A DNA stretch of 64,000 nt from Sphingopyxis sp. Lineage in GTDB: Bacteria > Pseudomonadota > Alphaproteobacteria > Sphingomonadales > Sphingomonadaceae. The stretch's first letter is position 1; every line of letters begins with the position of its first letter. Of this stretch, positions 17,824 through 27,924 are shown one piece after another. The DNA lies in assembly GCF_050725615.1 (NCBI RefSeq), contig NZ_JBOHHU010000004.1:17096-81095 (forward strand). The letters are read 5' to 3'. Below the pieces are notes generated by a model. It saw only the letters and a list, made by a program, of their open reading frames with translations, was not told where the DNA came from and searched no databases. Made by a program: the position numbers and the translations under genes.

Positions 17824-19092
17824 ATGAAGATCGTCGTCGTCGGGCTGGGCTATGTCGGATTGCCGCTCGCGGTCCAGCTGGCGAAGCATTTCGAGTGCCT
17901 CGGCCTCGACAGCAATGCCGCGCGCATCGCCGAACTCAAGGCCGGGCATGACCGCACCGGCGAAGTCGATGCGGCGGCGCTGGCGGCGTGCGGCCTGATT
18001 TTGACGAGCGATGCGCAAGATTGTCGCGGCGCCGATCTCTATATCGTCACCGTGCCGACCCCGATCGACGCCGACAACCGCCCCGACCTGTCGCCGGTGC
18101 GCAGCGCGACGCGTACCGTCGCGGCGCTGCTCGACCCCGCCAAGACGCCGACCATCGTCTATGAAAGCACGGTCTATCCCGGCGTGACCGAGGATATTTG
18201 CGGGCCGATGATCGAGCAATTGTCGGGGCTGACGCGCGGCGCCGACTTTTTCCTCGGCTATTCGCCCGAACGCATCAATCCGGGCGACCGCGAGCATACG
18301 GTCGACAAGATCGTCAAGGTGCTGGCGGGCGAGAATGACGAGATCACCGAATTGCTCGCAACCGTCTATGGCAAGGTGACCAGCGGCGGGGTGTTCCGCG
18401 CGAAATCGATCCGCGCCGCCGAGGCCGCGAAGGTCATCGAAAACGCCCAGCGCGACATCAACATCGCCTTCATCAACGAAGTGACCAAGATTTTCTCGGC
18501 GCTCGACATTTCGGTGTGGGACGTGCTCGACGCGGCGCGCACGAAGTGGAATTTCCTGCCCTTCGAACCCGGCCTCGTCGGCGGCCACTGCATCGGGGTC
18601 GACCCCTATTATCTCAGCCACCGCGCGCAGGAACTCGGCATCGATCCGCAGGTCGTGCTGTCGGGCCGCGCGATCAATGACGGCATGGCGCAGTGGATGG
18701 CGGACGGCGTGCACAAGGCGCTGGGCAAGGACGGCGCCGACATTCTGATCCTTGGCCTGACCTTCAAGGAAAATGTCCCCGACCTGCGCAACAGCAAGGT
18801 CATCGACCTGGTGCAGGCGCTGCGGGCGCATGGCCACCGCGTGGCGGTGCACGATCCGCACGCCGACCCCGCCGAGGCACAGCATGAATATGGCCTCGAC
18901 CTCGCCCCATTGCCGACGGCAGCGGATTATGACTGTGTGATCGGCGCCGTCCGGCACGACCCGATCAAGGCGCTCGGCGCCGCGCAGTTGGCGGCCATGC
19001 TGCGCCCCGATGGCCTCGTCGCCGACCTGAAGCGCATGTGGGCGCCGCTCGCCGGCGATGGCGCGGCATCGGTTCGTTACTGGTCGATTTGA
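17824..19092 (+). CDS. UDP-HexNAc 6-dehydrogenase (TviB/WbpO/WbpA family)
   Basis: GLGYVG, ESTVYPG, SPERINPG, ENAQRD, GGHCIGVDPYYL, GLTFKEN. Confidence 0.88.
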   Translation: MKIVVVGLGYVGLPLAVQLAKHFECLGLDSNAARIAELKAGHDRTGEVDAAALAACGLILTSDAQDCRGADLYIVTVPTPIDADNRPDLSPVRSATRTVAALLDPAKTPTIVYESTVYPGVTEDICGPMIEQLSGLTRGADFFLGYSPERINPGDREHTVDKIVKVLAGENDEITELLATVYGKVTSGGVFRAKSIRAAEAAKVIENAQRDINIAFINEVTKIFSALDISVWDVLDAARTKWNFLPFEPGLVGGHCIGVDPYYLSHRAQELGIDPQVVLSGRAINDGMAQWMADGVHKALGKDGADILILGLTFKENVPDLRNSKVIDLVQALRAHGHRVAVHDPHADPAEAQHEYGLDLAPLPTAADYDCVIGAVRHDPIKALGAAQLAAMLRPDGLVADLKRMWAPLAGDGAASVRYWSI

Positions 19093-19160
19093 CCATCCGG
19101 GGGTGGCGTTTGCGGGATTATCTGCCTAAGGCCCGGGCGATGAAAATAATGGAAGTCTGA

Positions 19161-20567
19161 ATGTCGCGTTCCCGGGAGTCCCTTTTTGATCGCTGGTTTC
19201 TGGCGATTTTCCTGATGGCCATCTTGTTGTTCGGCGGTTCGGCGCGGGTCGACAGCGTCGGGCTGGTGATCGTGCGCACCCTCGCGATCGCGGCGATCGC
19301 GATTGCCTTGCCCTATTGGTGGCAGGAGCGCGAACGCGATCGTTTGCAGCGTTGCCGTCCGTTGCTGCTCCTGCTCGGCGCGGCGGCGGCGTGGATGGTC
19401 ATCCAGCTCATTCCCCTGCCCGCAGGCCTGTGGTCGATGCTTCCCGGACATGGCGAACTGGCGACGCGGATGACCGCCGCCGGGATCGAAATCGGCTGGC
19501 GTCCGCTGGCCTTGTCGCCGGGCCGCGCGATTCATTCGCTGCTCGACCTGCTCGTGCCGCTGGCCGTGGTGCTGCTTGTCGGCCGCACGTCGGACCAGGA
19601 CCTGCGCCAGTTGCCGCTCCGCCTGCTCGCCTTCCTGGCGGTTGCGGCGGTCTTCGGCGTGCTGCAATTGCTCGGCGGCGAAGGTGCGCCCTATTTCCAC
19701 CGCATCACCAATGTCGGTGCTGCCGTCGGCTTTTTCGCCAACCGCAATCATCATGCGGTGTTCCTCGCGCTCTATTGGCCGCTGCTCCTGTGGTTCATCC
19801 ATGGCCGCAACGATCGCGCCGGCAGCCATGCCGCCACCTTGCTCGGCGTCCTCGGCGGCGTCGCGGTGATGCTGGCGATCATGGCGACGGGATCGCGCGC
19901 GGGACTGGCGATCGGCGGCGTCAGCTTTCTTGCGACGAGCGTGCTGCTCTATCGGATGCGCGCGGCGTCGGTCGGAACCGATTCGGCGGCCAATATCGTC
20001 CGTCTGACGTTGATCGCCTCGATCGTCGCGACCATCGGCGGCGCGGTCGCGATGCTGATATTCGGCGACAGCTTCATGGACCGGCTCGACCAGAGCGAGG
20101 TGGTCGCGGACCTGCGCATCGCCGTTTTGCCGACGCTGAACGGCATGATCTGGCACTATGCGCCCTTCGGCGGCGGTTTCGGCAGTTTCGAGGCGGCCTA
20201 CAAGATCGCCGAACCGGTCAATCTGCTGTCGCTGCAATATCTGAACCACGCCCATAATGACTATCTCGAACTGCTGATCGACGGCGGTCTTCCGGCGCTC
20301 GCCCTGCTCGTCGGATGGGCGTTCATCATATGGCGCGCGGCCAAAAGCGGCTGGAACCATGAGCAGGCGGCCCCGACCGATCGGGTCGGAATCGGCGCGT
20401 CGATCATGCTCCTCGTCATCCTCGCGGCGGCAAGTCTGGTCGATTATCCGCTGCGCACCCCCGCCTTGGCAGCGATGGCGACGCTCGCGACGGTCCTCCT
20501 CTATCGTCGCCCCGATATTCCGAGCGCCCGCCGAAAGGGCCAGCGGACCTCGGCCGGGTTCCGGTAG
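19161..20567 (+). CDS. O-antigen ligase-like (Wzy_C) membrane protein
   Basis: Multi-TM; FANRNH, TGSRAG and HAHNDYLE motifs. Confidence 0.82.
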   Translation: MSRSRESLFDRWFLAIFLMAILLFGGSARVDSVGLVIVRTLAIAAIAIALPYWWQERERDRLQRCRPLLLLLGAAAAWMVIQLIPLPAGLWSMLPGHGELATRMTAAGIEIGWRPLALSPGRAIHSLLDLLVPLAVVLLVGRTSDQDLRQLPLRLLAFLAVAAVFGVLQLLGGEGAPYFHRITNVGAAVGFFANRNHHAVFLALYWPLLLWFIHGRNDRAGSHAATLLGVLGGVAVMLAIMATGSRAGLAIGGVSFLATSVLLYRMRAASVGTDSAANIVRLTLIASIVATIGGAVAMLIFGDSFMDRLDQSEVVADLRIAVLPTLNGMIWHYAPFGGGFGSFEAAYKIAEPVNLLSLQYLNHAHNDYLELLIDGGLPALALLVGWAFIIWRAAKSGWNHEQAAPTDRVGIGASIMLLVILAAASLVDYPLRTPALAAMATLATVLLYRRPDIPSARRKGQRTSAGFR

Positions 20568-20673
20568 AGCGCCCTTCGGGTGCGGCACAGGTTTGATTTT
20601 GCGGTTTCCTTTGCCGGGCGGGCGGGCTAGTCCCTCGCAAGCGGCAGGCAGATAAAAAAGGGAATATGTTTCG

Positions 20674-21384
20674 GTGAACTTTCGTTTGGCTATCGCTAGC
20701 CTGACCGCCGCCTGCCTGTTGGCCGGCTGTGGCAGTCGCCCGCAACTCACGAGCACACCGACGCTTCAGGTCACGGACGGCAATGCGCTGCCCGCGCCGA
20801 CCGGCACCGACCTGGTCGGTGAGACGCGTCCCTATCTGATCGGTCCGTTCGATCGGCTCAGCGTCGATGTCTATGGTGTTCCCGACCTCAGCAAGCAGGT
20901 CCAGACCGATGCCGCCGGCCGGATCCAGTTGCCGCTGGTCGGCGAGATTCAGGCGTCGAACCAGACGACCGCGCAACTTGCCGAAGCGATCGAGCAACGG
21001 CTGACCCGCTTCGTCCGCCGTCCCGACGTCAGCGTCAATGTAACCGAATCGGTCAGCCAGGTGCTCACCGTCGATGGCCAGGTGATGCAGCCGGGCCTCT
21101 ATCCGGTGGTCGGCAAGATGTCGCTGATGCGCGCCGTCGCGCTCGCCAAGGGCACGACCGAATTTGCCAAGCTCGACGATGTGGTGATCTTCCGCACCGT
21201 CGGCGGCCAGCGCATGGCGGCGCTCTATAATCTGAAAGCGATCCGGACCGGCGTGTATGACGATCCCGAAGTCTTCGCCAACGACGTTGTCGTCGTCGGC
21301 GATTCGCCGGGCCGCCGCCTGTTCAAGGATATTCTGGCGACGACGCCGTTGCTGGTGTCCCCCATCGTCGCGCTCATCAATTAA
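20674..21384 (+). CDS. wza: Polysaccharide export lipoprotein (OPX/Wza family)
   Basis: Lipobox LAGC, YLIGPFD.L PES-type motif, SLBB domain, hydrophobic C-terminal helix. Confidence 0.88.
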   Translation: MNFRLAIASLTAACLLAGCGSRPQLTSTPTLQVTDGNALPAPTGTDLVGETRPYLIGPFDRLSVDVYGVPDLSKQVQTDAAGRIQLPLVGEIQASNQTTAQLAEAIEQRLTRFVRRPDVSVNVTESVSQVLTVDGQVMQPGLYPVVGKMSLMRAVALAKGTTEFAKLDDVVIFRTVGGQRMAALYNLKAIRTGVYDDPEVFANDVVVVGDSPGRRLFKDILATTPLLVSPIVALIN

Positions 21385-21411
21385 GACCTGCAGGAAGTTC
21401 GAACTCGTTCC

Positions 21412-23634
21412 ATGACCGACGCTATCCCCAAGACGCCGATCCTGGCCGTTCCGGCAAACCAGACCGGCGACGCCGATTCCGGGCGACAAGCCGGCGGTTT
21501 CGCGACCGCGATGCCGTGGATCCTGCAATATTGGCGCGTCGCGCTGCGCTGGAAATGGGTGATCATCGGCACGATCATCGGCTGCCTGGTCGCCGGCGCG
21601 GTCTATACGATGCTCGCCGAGCGTATCTATACCGCGACCGCGCGGATCGAGATTTCGCGCACCGAATCCAAAGTGCTCAACATGAACGGAGTCGAGCCCG
21701 AGCGCGGTGGCCGCGTCGAGCAGGAATTCTATCAGACGCAGTATAACCTGCTGCGCGCCCGTTCGCAGGCCGAACGCGTCGCCAAGAGCCTGAACCTCGC
21801 GCGCGACCCGGTCTATCTGGCCGCCTTCGGCGGCAAGGCGCCGCCGTCGTCGCTCCGCGTGATGTCGAAGGCCGAGCTGGATATGGCGACGCGCAGCGTC
21901 GCGTCGCGGCTGAGCAGCGCCGTCCAGGTCAAGCCGGTCGTCGGGTCGGCGCTGGTCGATATTTCTGTATCGACCCCGAACCCCGAGCTGTCGGCCAAGA
22001 TCGCCAACAGCTGGGCCGAGAATTTTATCGCCGGCAATCTCGAGCGCCGGTATGATTCGGCGTCCTATGCCCGCCGCTTCCTCGAGGATCAGCTCCAGGC
22101 GACCAAGGCCAAGATGGAAGAGGCCGAGCGCGAGATGATGACCTATGCCGAACGGCAAGGCATCCTCACCATCGCGCAGTCGGACAGCAGCGATCCCAAG
22201 GCGCCCAGCGTCGAACGCTCGATCATGGCGACCGATCTCGTCGCGCTGAACGATGCGTTGAACAAGGCGACCATCGAACGGATCGCGGCCGAAGGCGCGC
22301 TGAAGGCGGCGACCGGACAGTCGGCGGCCCTCGCCGGCGGCAGCCCCAGCGTCGCGAACCTGCGCCAGCGCAAGACCGACCTGCAGGCCGAATATGCCAA
22401 GCTGATGGTGATCTTCCAGCCCGACTATCCGCCGGCGCAGGCGCTCGATCGCCAGATCAAGGAAGTCGACCGCGCGATCGCCGCGGAGCAGGGTCAGGTC
22501 GGCGGATCGAACGTCGCGACCGCCCGCGCCGCCTATACGGCCGCTGCCGCGCGCGAGGAAGAATTGCGCGCACGGGTCGGCGGCACCCGCACCAACCTGG
22601 TCGATGAACGTCGCCGGAGCGTCCAGTACGGCATCCTCCAGCGCGAGGTCGATACCAACCGCGAACTCTATGACGGCCTGCTCCAGCGCTACAAGGAAGT
22701 CGGTATCGCCGGCGGCGTCGGCACCAACAATGTCGCGATCGTCGATCGCGCGCTGCGTCCCGGCGGACCGTCGAGCCCGCGCCTGCTCAACAACATGTTC
22801 ACATCGTTGCTGATCGGCCTCGCGCTCGCCGCTTTGCTGACGATCGTTCTGGCGCAGATCGACACCACGGTCCGCGACCCGGCCGAGGCGCAGGACGTCA
22901 CCGACCTGCCCTTGCTCGGGGTCATTCCCGATACCGACAACGAGCGGGCGATCGAGGAAGTGCGCGATCGCAAATCGTCGCAGTCCGAAGCCTATCTGTC
23001 GGTCCAGACCGCGCTGCGCTTCTCGACCACCACGGGTGTGCCGAAGTCGCTGATGTGCACCTCGACGCGCAAGGGCGAGGGCAAGTCGACCTCGTCCTAT
23101 GCGCTGGCGCTGTCGCTGCATCGCATCGGCCGCACCGTGATCGTCGTCGATTGCGATCTTCGCTCGCCGTCGGTGCATCGCCTGGCCGGCGTCGCCAACG
23201 GCGCGGGAACCAGCAACTTCCTGTCGGGGAACAACGATATTCTCTCGATGGTGCACCATGACGAGTCGGACAGCCTGCCCTTCATCACGGCGGGGCCGAT
23301 GCCGCCGAACGCCGCCGAACTGCTGTCGAGCGACCGGATCGCGGACCTGATCGAAGCGCTCGGCAAACATTATCAGCACGTCGTGATCGACGCGCCGCCG
23401 GTCCTCGGTCTCGCCGACTCGCCGCTGCTCGCGAGCAAGGTCGAAGGTGTCGTCTATTGCGTCGAGGCCGAAGGCGCGCGCACGAACGCGATCCGCTATT
23501 CGCTCGCACGCCTGCGCAGCGCGGGGGCGACCCTGCTCGGCGTGGTGCTGACCAAGTTCGACGAAAAACGCGCCTATTACGGCTACGGATATGAATATGG
23601 TTATGGCTATGCCGACGCGCAGCCGGGCGAGTAG
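21412..23634 (+). CDS. wzc: Polysaccharide co-polymerase/BY-kinase (Wzc/GumC)
   Basis: Two TMs with coiled-coil periplasmic region; Walker A GEGKST, A' DCDLR, B IDAPP; C-terminal cluster of 7 Tyr (YYGYGYEYGYGY). Confidence 0.92.
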   Translation: MTDAIPKTPILAVPANQTGDADSGRQAGGFATAMPWILQYWRVALRWKWVIIGTIIGCLVAGAVYTMLAERIYTATARIEISRTESKVLNMNGVEPERGGRVEQEFYQTQYNLLRARSQAERVAKSLNLARDPVYLAAFGGKAPPSSLRVMSKAELDMATRSVASRLSSAVQVKPVVGSALVDISVSTPNPELSAKIANSWAENFIAGNLERRYDSASYARRFLEDQLQATKAKMEEAEREMMTYAERQGILTIAQSDSSDPKAPSVERSIMATDLVALNDALNKATIERIAAEGALKAATGQSAALAGGSPSVANLRQRKTDLQAEYAKLMVIFQPDYPPAQALDRQIKEVDRAIAAEQGQVGGSNVATARAAYTAAAAREEELRARVGGTRTNLVDERRRSVQYGILQREVDTNRELYDGLLQRYKEVGIAGGVGTNNVAIVDRALRPGGPSSPRLLNNMFTSLLIGLALAALLTIVLAQIDTTVRDPAEAQDVTDLPLLGVIPDTDNERAIEEVRDRKSSQSEAYLSVQTALRFSTTTGVPKSLMCTSTRKGEGKSTSSYALALSLHRIGRTVIVVDCDLRSPSVHRLAGVANGAGTSNFLSGNNDILSMVHHDESDSLPFITAGPMPPNAAELLSSDRIADLIEALGKHYQHVVIDAPPVLGLADSPLLASKVEGVVYCVEAEGARTNAIRYSLARLRSAGATLLGVVLTKFDEKRAYYGYGYEYGYGYADAQPGE

Positions 23635-24883
23635 GACCGCAACCGGAGGCAGGACGATCGGTAAAACGGCGGCGCGAGCGACATCGCGCCTGCCGAGCCG
23701 GGGCTTCCTGATCTATGGCGCCGCGATGTTCGGGCTGTGGCTGTTGGTGACCCTGTTCACCGCATCCTCGGTCATGGCCGTCTATAGCCCCGCGCGGGCG
23801 CTGGTGCTCAATCCGTTCAATGCCAGCGCCAAGGCGCAGATCGCGAACGACTTGGTCTATGCCACCGGCGACGCGCGCCAGACTGGCGCGGCGGCGCAGC
23901 TGAGCCGCGCGGCGCTGGGCGGCAACCCGACGCTGGCGAACGCCTATCGCATGATCGGCCTCGACAATGCGCGCCGCGGCAAGTCCGTGAAGCCCGCGAT
24001 CATGGCGGCGACCTATCTGACGCGCCGCGACTATGTCGCCAATCTCTGGCTGATCGAGGATGCGGTGAAGCGCGGGCGCATGGATCAGGCGATGACCGAC
24101 GTCGACGCCTCGCTGCGGACGTCGCTGCGCGGCCAGGCGCTGCTGTTCCCGATCCTGGCCAAGGCCGTTGCGGAGCCGGAGATGAAGCCTGAGTTCGTGC
24201 GCCTGTTCCGCGCCAATCCCGACTGGCTGCCCAATTTCCTGAGCTATTATGTCGGCACCAAGCAAAAGGCCGCGCCGCTGGCCGATATCATCCTGCCGAT
24301 CCGCAAAAACCTGCCGCCAAGCTTTGGTCAGCTGGACCAGACGTTGATCGGGATGATGGTGAACCAGCAAGATTTCGACGCCGCGCGTGGCTATGCGCGC
24401 GCGATCGATCCCAAGGCCGATGGCGACCGCAAGCTGATGCACAACGCCCGTTTCGAGGAAGAGGGACCGTTTCCGCCGATCGACTGGCACCTGATCCGCG
24501 AATCCTCTTATGGGTCCGACATCGAAAAGGGCGCAAAGGGCAACAAGCTGATTGTCGTGTCGGACCAGGAGCGCCCGAACATGGTCGCCCGCCAGCTCGT
24601 CCAGTTGGGCCCGGGCACCTATCGCCTCAGCGCGCGCGGGCGGCTCGTCACGCACAATGACGACGCGTCGGCAATCTGGCAGGTCGCATGCGCCGAAAAA
24701 AGCGGCACCGGGGTCCTCGCGAGCATCAAATTCGCCCGCGGCGCGGTGCCGTCGCCGGCCGACTTCACGATCGCGAGCGGGGGGTGCCGGAATTATTGGG
24801 TCAGCCTGACCGCCGCCGCCGGTTTCGGCAGCGCGTCGTTGCAGGCGGAATTCCAGCAAGTCGAACTGCAGCCGGTCCGCTGA
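23603..24883 (+). CDS. Hypothetical membrane-anchored periplasmic protein (helical N-half, beta-sandwich-like C-half)
   Basis: Long ORF with host-like codon use and an N-terminal TM; start uncertain (in-frame ATGs at 23591, 23603 and 23609 overlap the wzc end). Confidence 0.7.
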   Translation: MAMPTRSRASRTATGGRTIGKTAARATSRLPSRGFLIYGAAMFGLWLLVTLFTASSVMAVYSPARALVLNPFNASAKAQIANDLVYATGDARQTGAAAQLSRAALGGNPTLANAYRMIGLDNARRGKSVKPAIMAATYLTRRDYVANLWLIEDAVKRGRMDQAMTDVDASLRTSLRGQALLFPILAKAVAEPEMKPEFVRLFRANPDWLPNFLSYYVGTKQKAAPLADIILPIRKNLPPSFGQLDQTLIGMMVNQQDFDAARGYARAIDPKADGDRKLMHNARFEEEGPFPPIDWHLIRESSYGSDIEKGAKGNKLIVVSDQERPNMVARQLVQLGPGTYRLSARGRLVTHNDDASAIWQVACAEKSGTGVLASIKFARGAVPSPADFTIASGGCRNYWVSLTAAAGFGSASLQAEFQQVELQPVR

Positions 24884-24914
24884 TGGCGGTCGGGGCACCC
24901 GCGCGCGGCGCAGC

Positions 24915-25775
24915 ATGACCGGTTTTTCGCCGACGCGGCTCGTCCGTTATGCGATGGCGCATCCGATCGGTGAGCGCCAGCGGCTGCGCACCCTTGCCCG
25001 CATCGCGCGCTGGCAATTGCGCGCCCGGCTGATCGGCGGACCGCGTGTCCACCCCTGGGTCGGCGGTAGCCAGCTGGTGGTCGAACGCGGGATGACCGGC
25101 GCGACCGGCAATGTCTATTTCGGCCTGCATGAATTCGCCGACATGGGCTTTGTGCTCCATATGCTGCGGGGCGGCGACCTCTTCGTCGATATCGGCGCCA
25201 ATATCGGCAGCTTCACCATTCTCGCCGCCAAGGTGGCGGGCGCCGAGGTGATCGCGTTCGAACCCGACACCCACACCGTCGCGACGCTCGCGCGCAATAT
25301 CGCCGCCAATGCGGTCGAGGGCCGGGTCGCGGTCCACACCAGCGCGCTCGGAGACCGCGAACAGGATTTGTGGTTCACCAGCGGCATGGACACGATCAAC
25401 CATGTCGCCGACGCCGACACGCCGGGTGCGGTGCGCGTCCATGGGACGACGCTCGACACCGTCCTCGCCGGGCGCGTCCCGCTGCTGATCAAGATCGACG
25501 TCGAGGGGCATGAACCCGCCGTCGTCGCCGGCGCGCAAAAGACGCTGGCATCGCCCGACCTCAAGGCGGTCGAGGTCGAGACGGTGACGCAGGACATCGC
25601 CGACATGCTCGCGGGCCATGGCTTTGCCCAGCGGCACTATGATCCTTTCACGCGGCGGCTGTCGCAGACGCCGGTTCACGCCGCGAACAACAGCCTGTAT
25701 GTCCGCGACGAATCATTTCTGGTGCAGCGGCTGCAGACCGCACCATCGGTCGACGTCTATGGGATCGCCGTCTAG
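24915..25775 (+). CDS. FkbM family methyltransferase
   Basis: [21 protein letters not shown]. Confidence 0.9.
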   Translation: MTGFSPTRLVRYAMAHPIGERQRLRTLARIARWQLRARLIGGPRVHPWVGGSQLVVERGMTGATGNVYFGLHEFADMGFVLHMLRGGDLFVDIGANIGSFTILAAKVAGAEVIAFEPDTHTVATLARNIAANAVEGRVAVHTSALGDREQDLWFTSGMDTINHVADADTPGAVRVHGTTLDTVLAGRVPLLIKIDVEGHEPAVVAGAQKTLASPDLKAVEVETVTQDIADMLAGHGFAQRHYDPFTRRLSQTPVHAANNSLYVRDESFLVQRLQTAPSVDVYGIAV

Positions 25776-25804
25776 GCGTCCCGTCGCTATTTGGGGAACT
25801 ACGC

Positions 25805-26764
25805 ATGGCAAGGACCGGCTACGGCCGCAAACGGGTATTGGTGACCGGCGGCGCGGGCTTCCTCGGCTCGCACTTGATCGACCGCTTGCTCGATCAGGGC
25901 AATGAAGTGCTGTGCGTCGATAATCTGTTCACCGGCGACAAGCGCAACCTCGACCATCTGGTCGGCAATCCGCGCTTTGAATTCATGCGGCATGACGTGT
26001 GCCTGCCCTTGTTCGTCGAGGTGGACGAGATCTACAACCTCGCCTGCCCCGCCTCCCCCATTCATTACCAGCACGATCCGGTGCAGACGACGAAGACGAG
26101 CGTCCATGGCGCGATCAACATGCTGGGGCTGGCGAAACGGCTCAAATGCCCGATCTTCCAGGCGTCGACGAGCGAGGTCTATGGCGACCCCAGCGTCCAT
26201 CCGCAGACCGAGGATTATTGGGGCAACGTCAACCCGATCGGCATCCGCAGCTGTTACGACGAGGGCAAGCGCTGCGCCGAGACTTTGTTCTTCGACTATC
26301 ACCGCCAGCACGGGCTGGAAATCAAGGTCGCGCGCATTTTCAACACCTATGGCCCGCGCATGCATCCGTCGGATGGACGGGTGGTGTCGAACTTCGTCAT
26401 CCAGGCGCTGAAGGGCGAGGATATCACGCTGTTCGGCGACGGCCAGCAGACGCGCAGCTTCTGCTACGTCGACGACCTGATCGAAGGCTTTCTGCGCCTG
26501 ATGGCCAGCCCCGCCGACGTGACCGGGCCGATCAACATCGGCAACCCGGTCGAATTCACGATCCGCGAGCTGGCCGAAGAGGTCATCAAGCAGACCGGAT
26601 CGACATCGAAACTGACCTTCTTGCCGCTGCCGCAGGATGACCCCAAACAGCGCCAGCCGAACATCGACCAGGCGCGCGCCAAGCTCGACTGGGAACCGCG
26701 GGTGCCGCTCGCCGAAGGTCTCGACCGCACGATCGCCTATTTCCGCGAGCTGATCGAGGCCTGA
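25805..26764 (+). CDS. UDP-glucuronic acid decarboxylase (UDP-xylose synthase)
   Basis: [42 protein letters not shown]. Confidence 0.92.
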   Translation: MARTGYGRKRVLVTGGAGFLGSHLIDRLLDQGNEVLCVDNLFTGDKRNLDHLVGNPRFEFMRHDVCLPLFVEVDEIYNLACPASPIHYQHDPVQTTKTSVHGAINMLGLAKRLKCPIFQASTSEVYGDPSVHPQTEDYWGNVNPIGIRSCYDEGKRCAETLFFDYHRQHGLEIKVARIFNTYGPRMHPSDGRVVSNFVIQALKGEDITLFGDGQQTRSFCYVDDLIEGFLRLMASPADVTGPINIGNPVEFTIRELAEEVIKQTGSTSKLTFLPLPQDDPKQRQPNIDQARAKLDWEPRVPLAEGLDRTIAYFRELIEA

Positions 26765-26799
26765 GCCATGGCCGGGAGCGATCCGGCGGCGAGACGCGC

Positions 26800-27924
26800 A
26801 TGAAGATCCTCTATGTCCAATATGCGAACCCCGGCGCCTATCCGGCGGCGATGCGCGCTGCCCGGCTGTGGCGCGGCATGGGGCATGAGGTGCGTTTCCT
26901 CGGGCTCGACCTGGGCGGCGCCGACGATCTGGCGGTTCCCGCCGATTTGGCGGATGCCTGCGACTGGGTCCGACACGGCCGCCTCGCGCGATTGGCGTTC
27001 CCGGCTCGCTTGGTCCGGATCATCGCCGCTTGGCGGCCCGACTGGCTCTATGTCGCCGATGCGATGACGGTCATCGCCGCCGGCCCTGCCCTGCGGCTGC
27101 ATCGCGGCGGCATCGTCTATCACGAACATGACTCGCCGCAATCGGGGGTGTCGGCGCAGATGGATCGCCAGGTCACGGCGCGCAACGCGCTGGCGCGGCG
27201 GGCCGAGGCGGTCGTGCTGCCCAATAGCGGGCGCGCGGCGCAACTGGTCGACGAAGCGGGCGGCGCCGTCGCACCGATCATTGCCTGGAACACCCCGGCG
27301 CGGCGCGAAGTGGGGACCGCGCGGACAGGGGCTCCGGCGGGGCCGCTGCGGATCGTCTATGCTGGATCGATCAACGCCGACCGGGTGCCGATGACGCTGA
27401 TCGAGGCCCTCGCCGCCGTGCCCGAGGCCGAACTGACGCTGATCGGCTATGAGACCGTCTCGTCGCGCGGATATATAGCGGCGCTGCGCGACGCGGCCAC
27501 CGCTGCGGGTGGCGCGGAGCGGTTGATCGTCCGTCCCGCGATGCCGCACGACGCGCTGGTCGCGGCGCTCGGCGACTATGACGCCACCTTTGCCGCGCTT
27601 CCCGTTCAGTCGGGCAACATCAACCATCGCCACATGGTCGGCGCGTCGAACAAGAGCTTCGATGCGATGGGCCAGGGGCTGGCGCTGATCGTCGGCCCGG
27701 GGGCGGATTGGCACGCGACCTTCGTCGAGCCCGGCTATGCACTCGCCTGCGATCCAGCCGACGCGGCGTCGATCGCCGCCGCCTTTCGCCACCTCGCGAC
27801 CGATCGCGCGGCGACACGGGCCATGGGCGAAGCGGCGCGCCAGCGGATCGCCGGCGAATGGGCCTATGACGAGTTATTCGCGCCGGTGATCGCGCGCATG
27901 ACGACCAACGAGGAGAAGGCATGA
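26800..27924 (+). CDS. Glycosyltransferase (GT4-like)
   Basis: GT-B pattern, YAGSIN, GASNKSFDAM. Confidence 0.8.
   Translation: MKILYVQYANPGAYPAAMRAARLWRGMGHEVRFLGLDLGGADDLAVPADLADACDWVRHGRLARLAFPARLVRIIAAWRPDWLYVADAMTVIAAGPALRLHRGGIVYHEHDSPQSGVSAQMDRQVTARNALARRAEAVVLPNSGRAAQLVDEAGGAVAPIIAWNTPARREVGTARTGAPAGPLRIVYAGSINADRVPMTLIEALAAVPEAELTLIGYETVSSRGYIAALRDAATAAGGAERLIVRPAMPHDALVAALGDYDATFAALPVQSGNINHRHMVGASNKSFDAMGQGLALIVGPGADWHATFVEPGYALACDPADAASIAAAFRHLATDRAATRAMGEAARQRIAGEWAYDELFAPVIARMTTNEEKA

Noticed and set aside
20618-20632. ops/JUMPstart-like GGCGGGCTAG before wza
   Set aside because: Does not match GGCGGTAG exactly, no RfaH-like gene is seen, and it is better explained as a -10 box.
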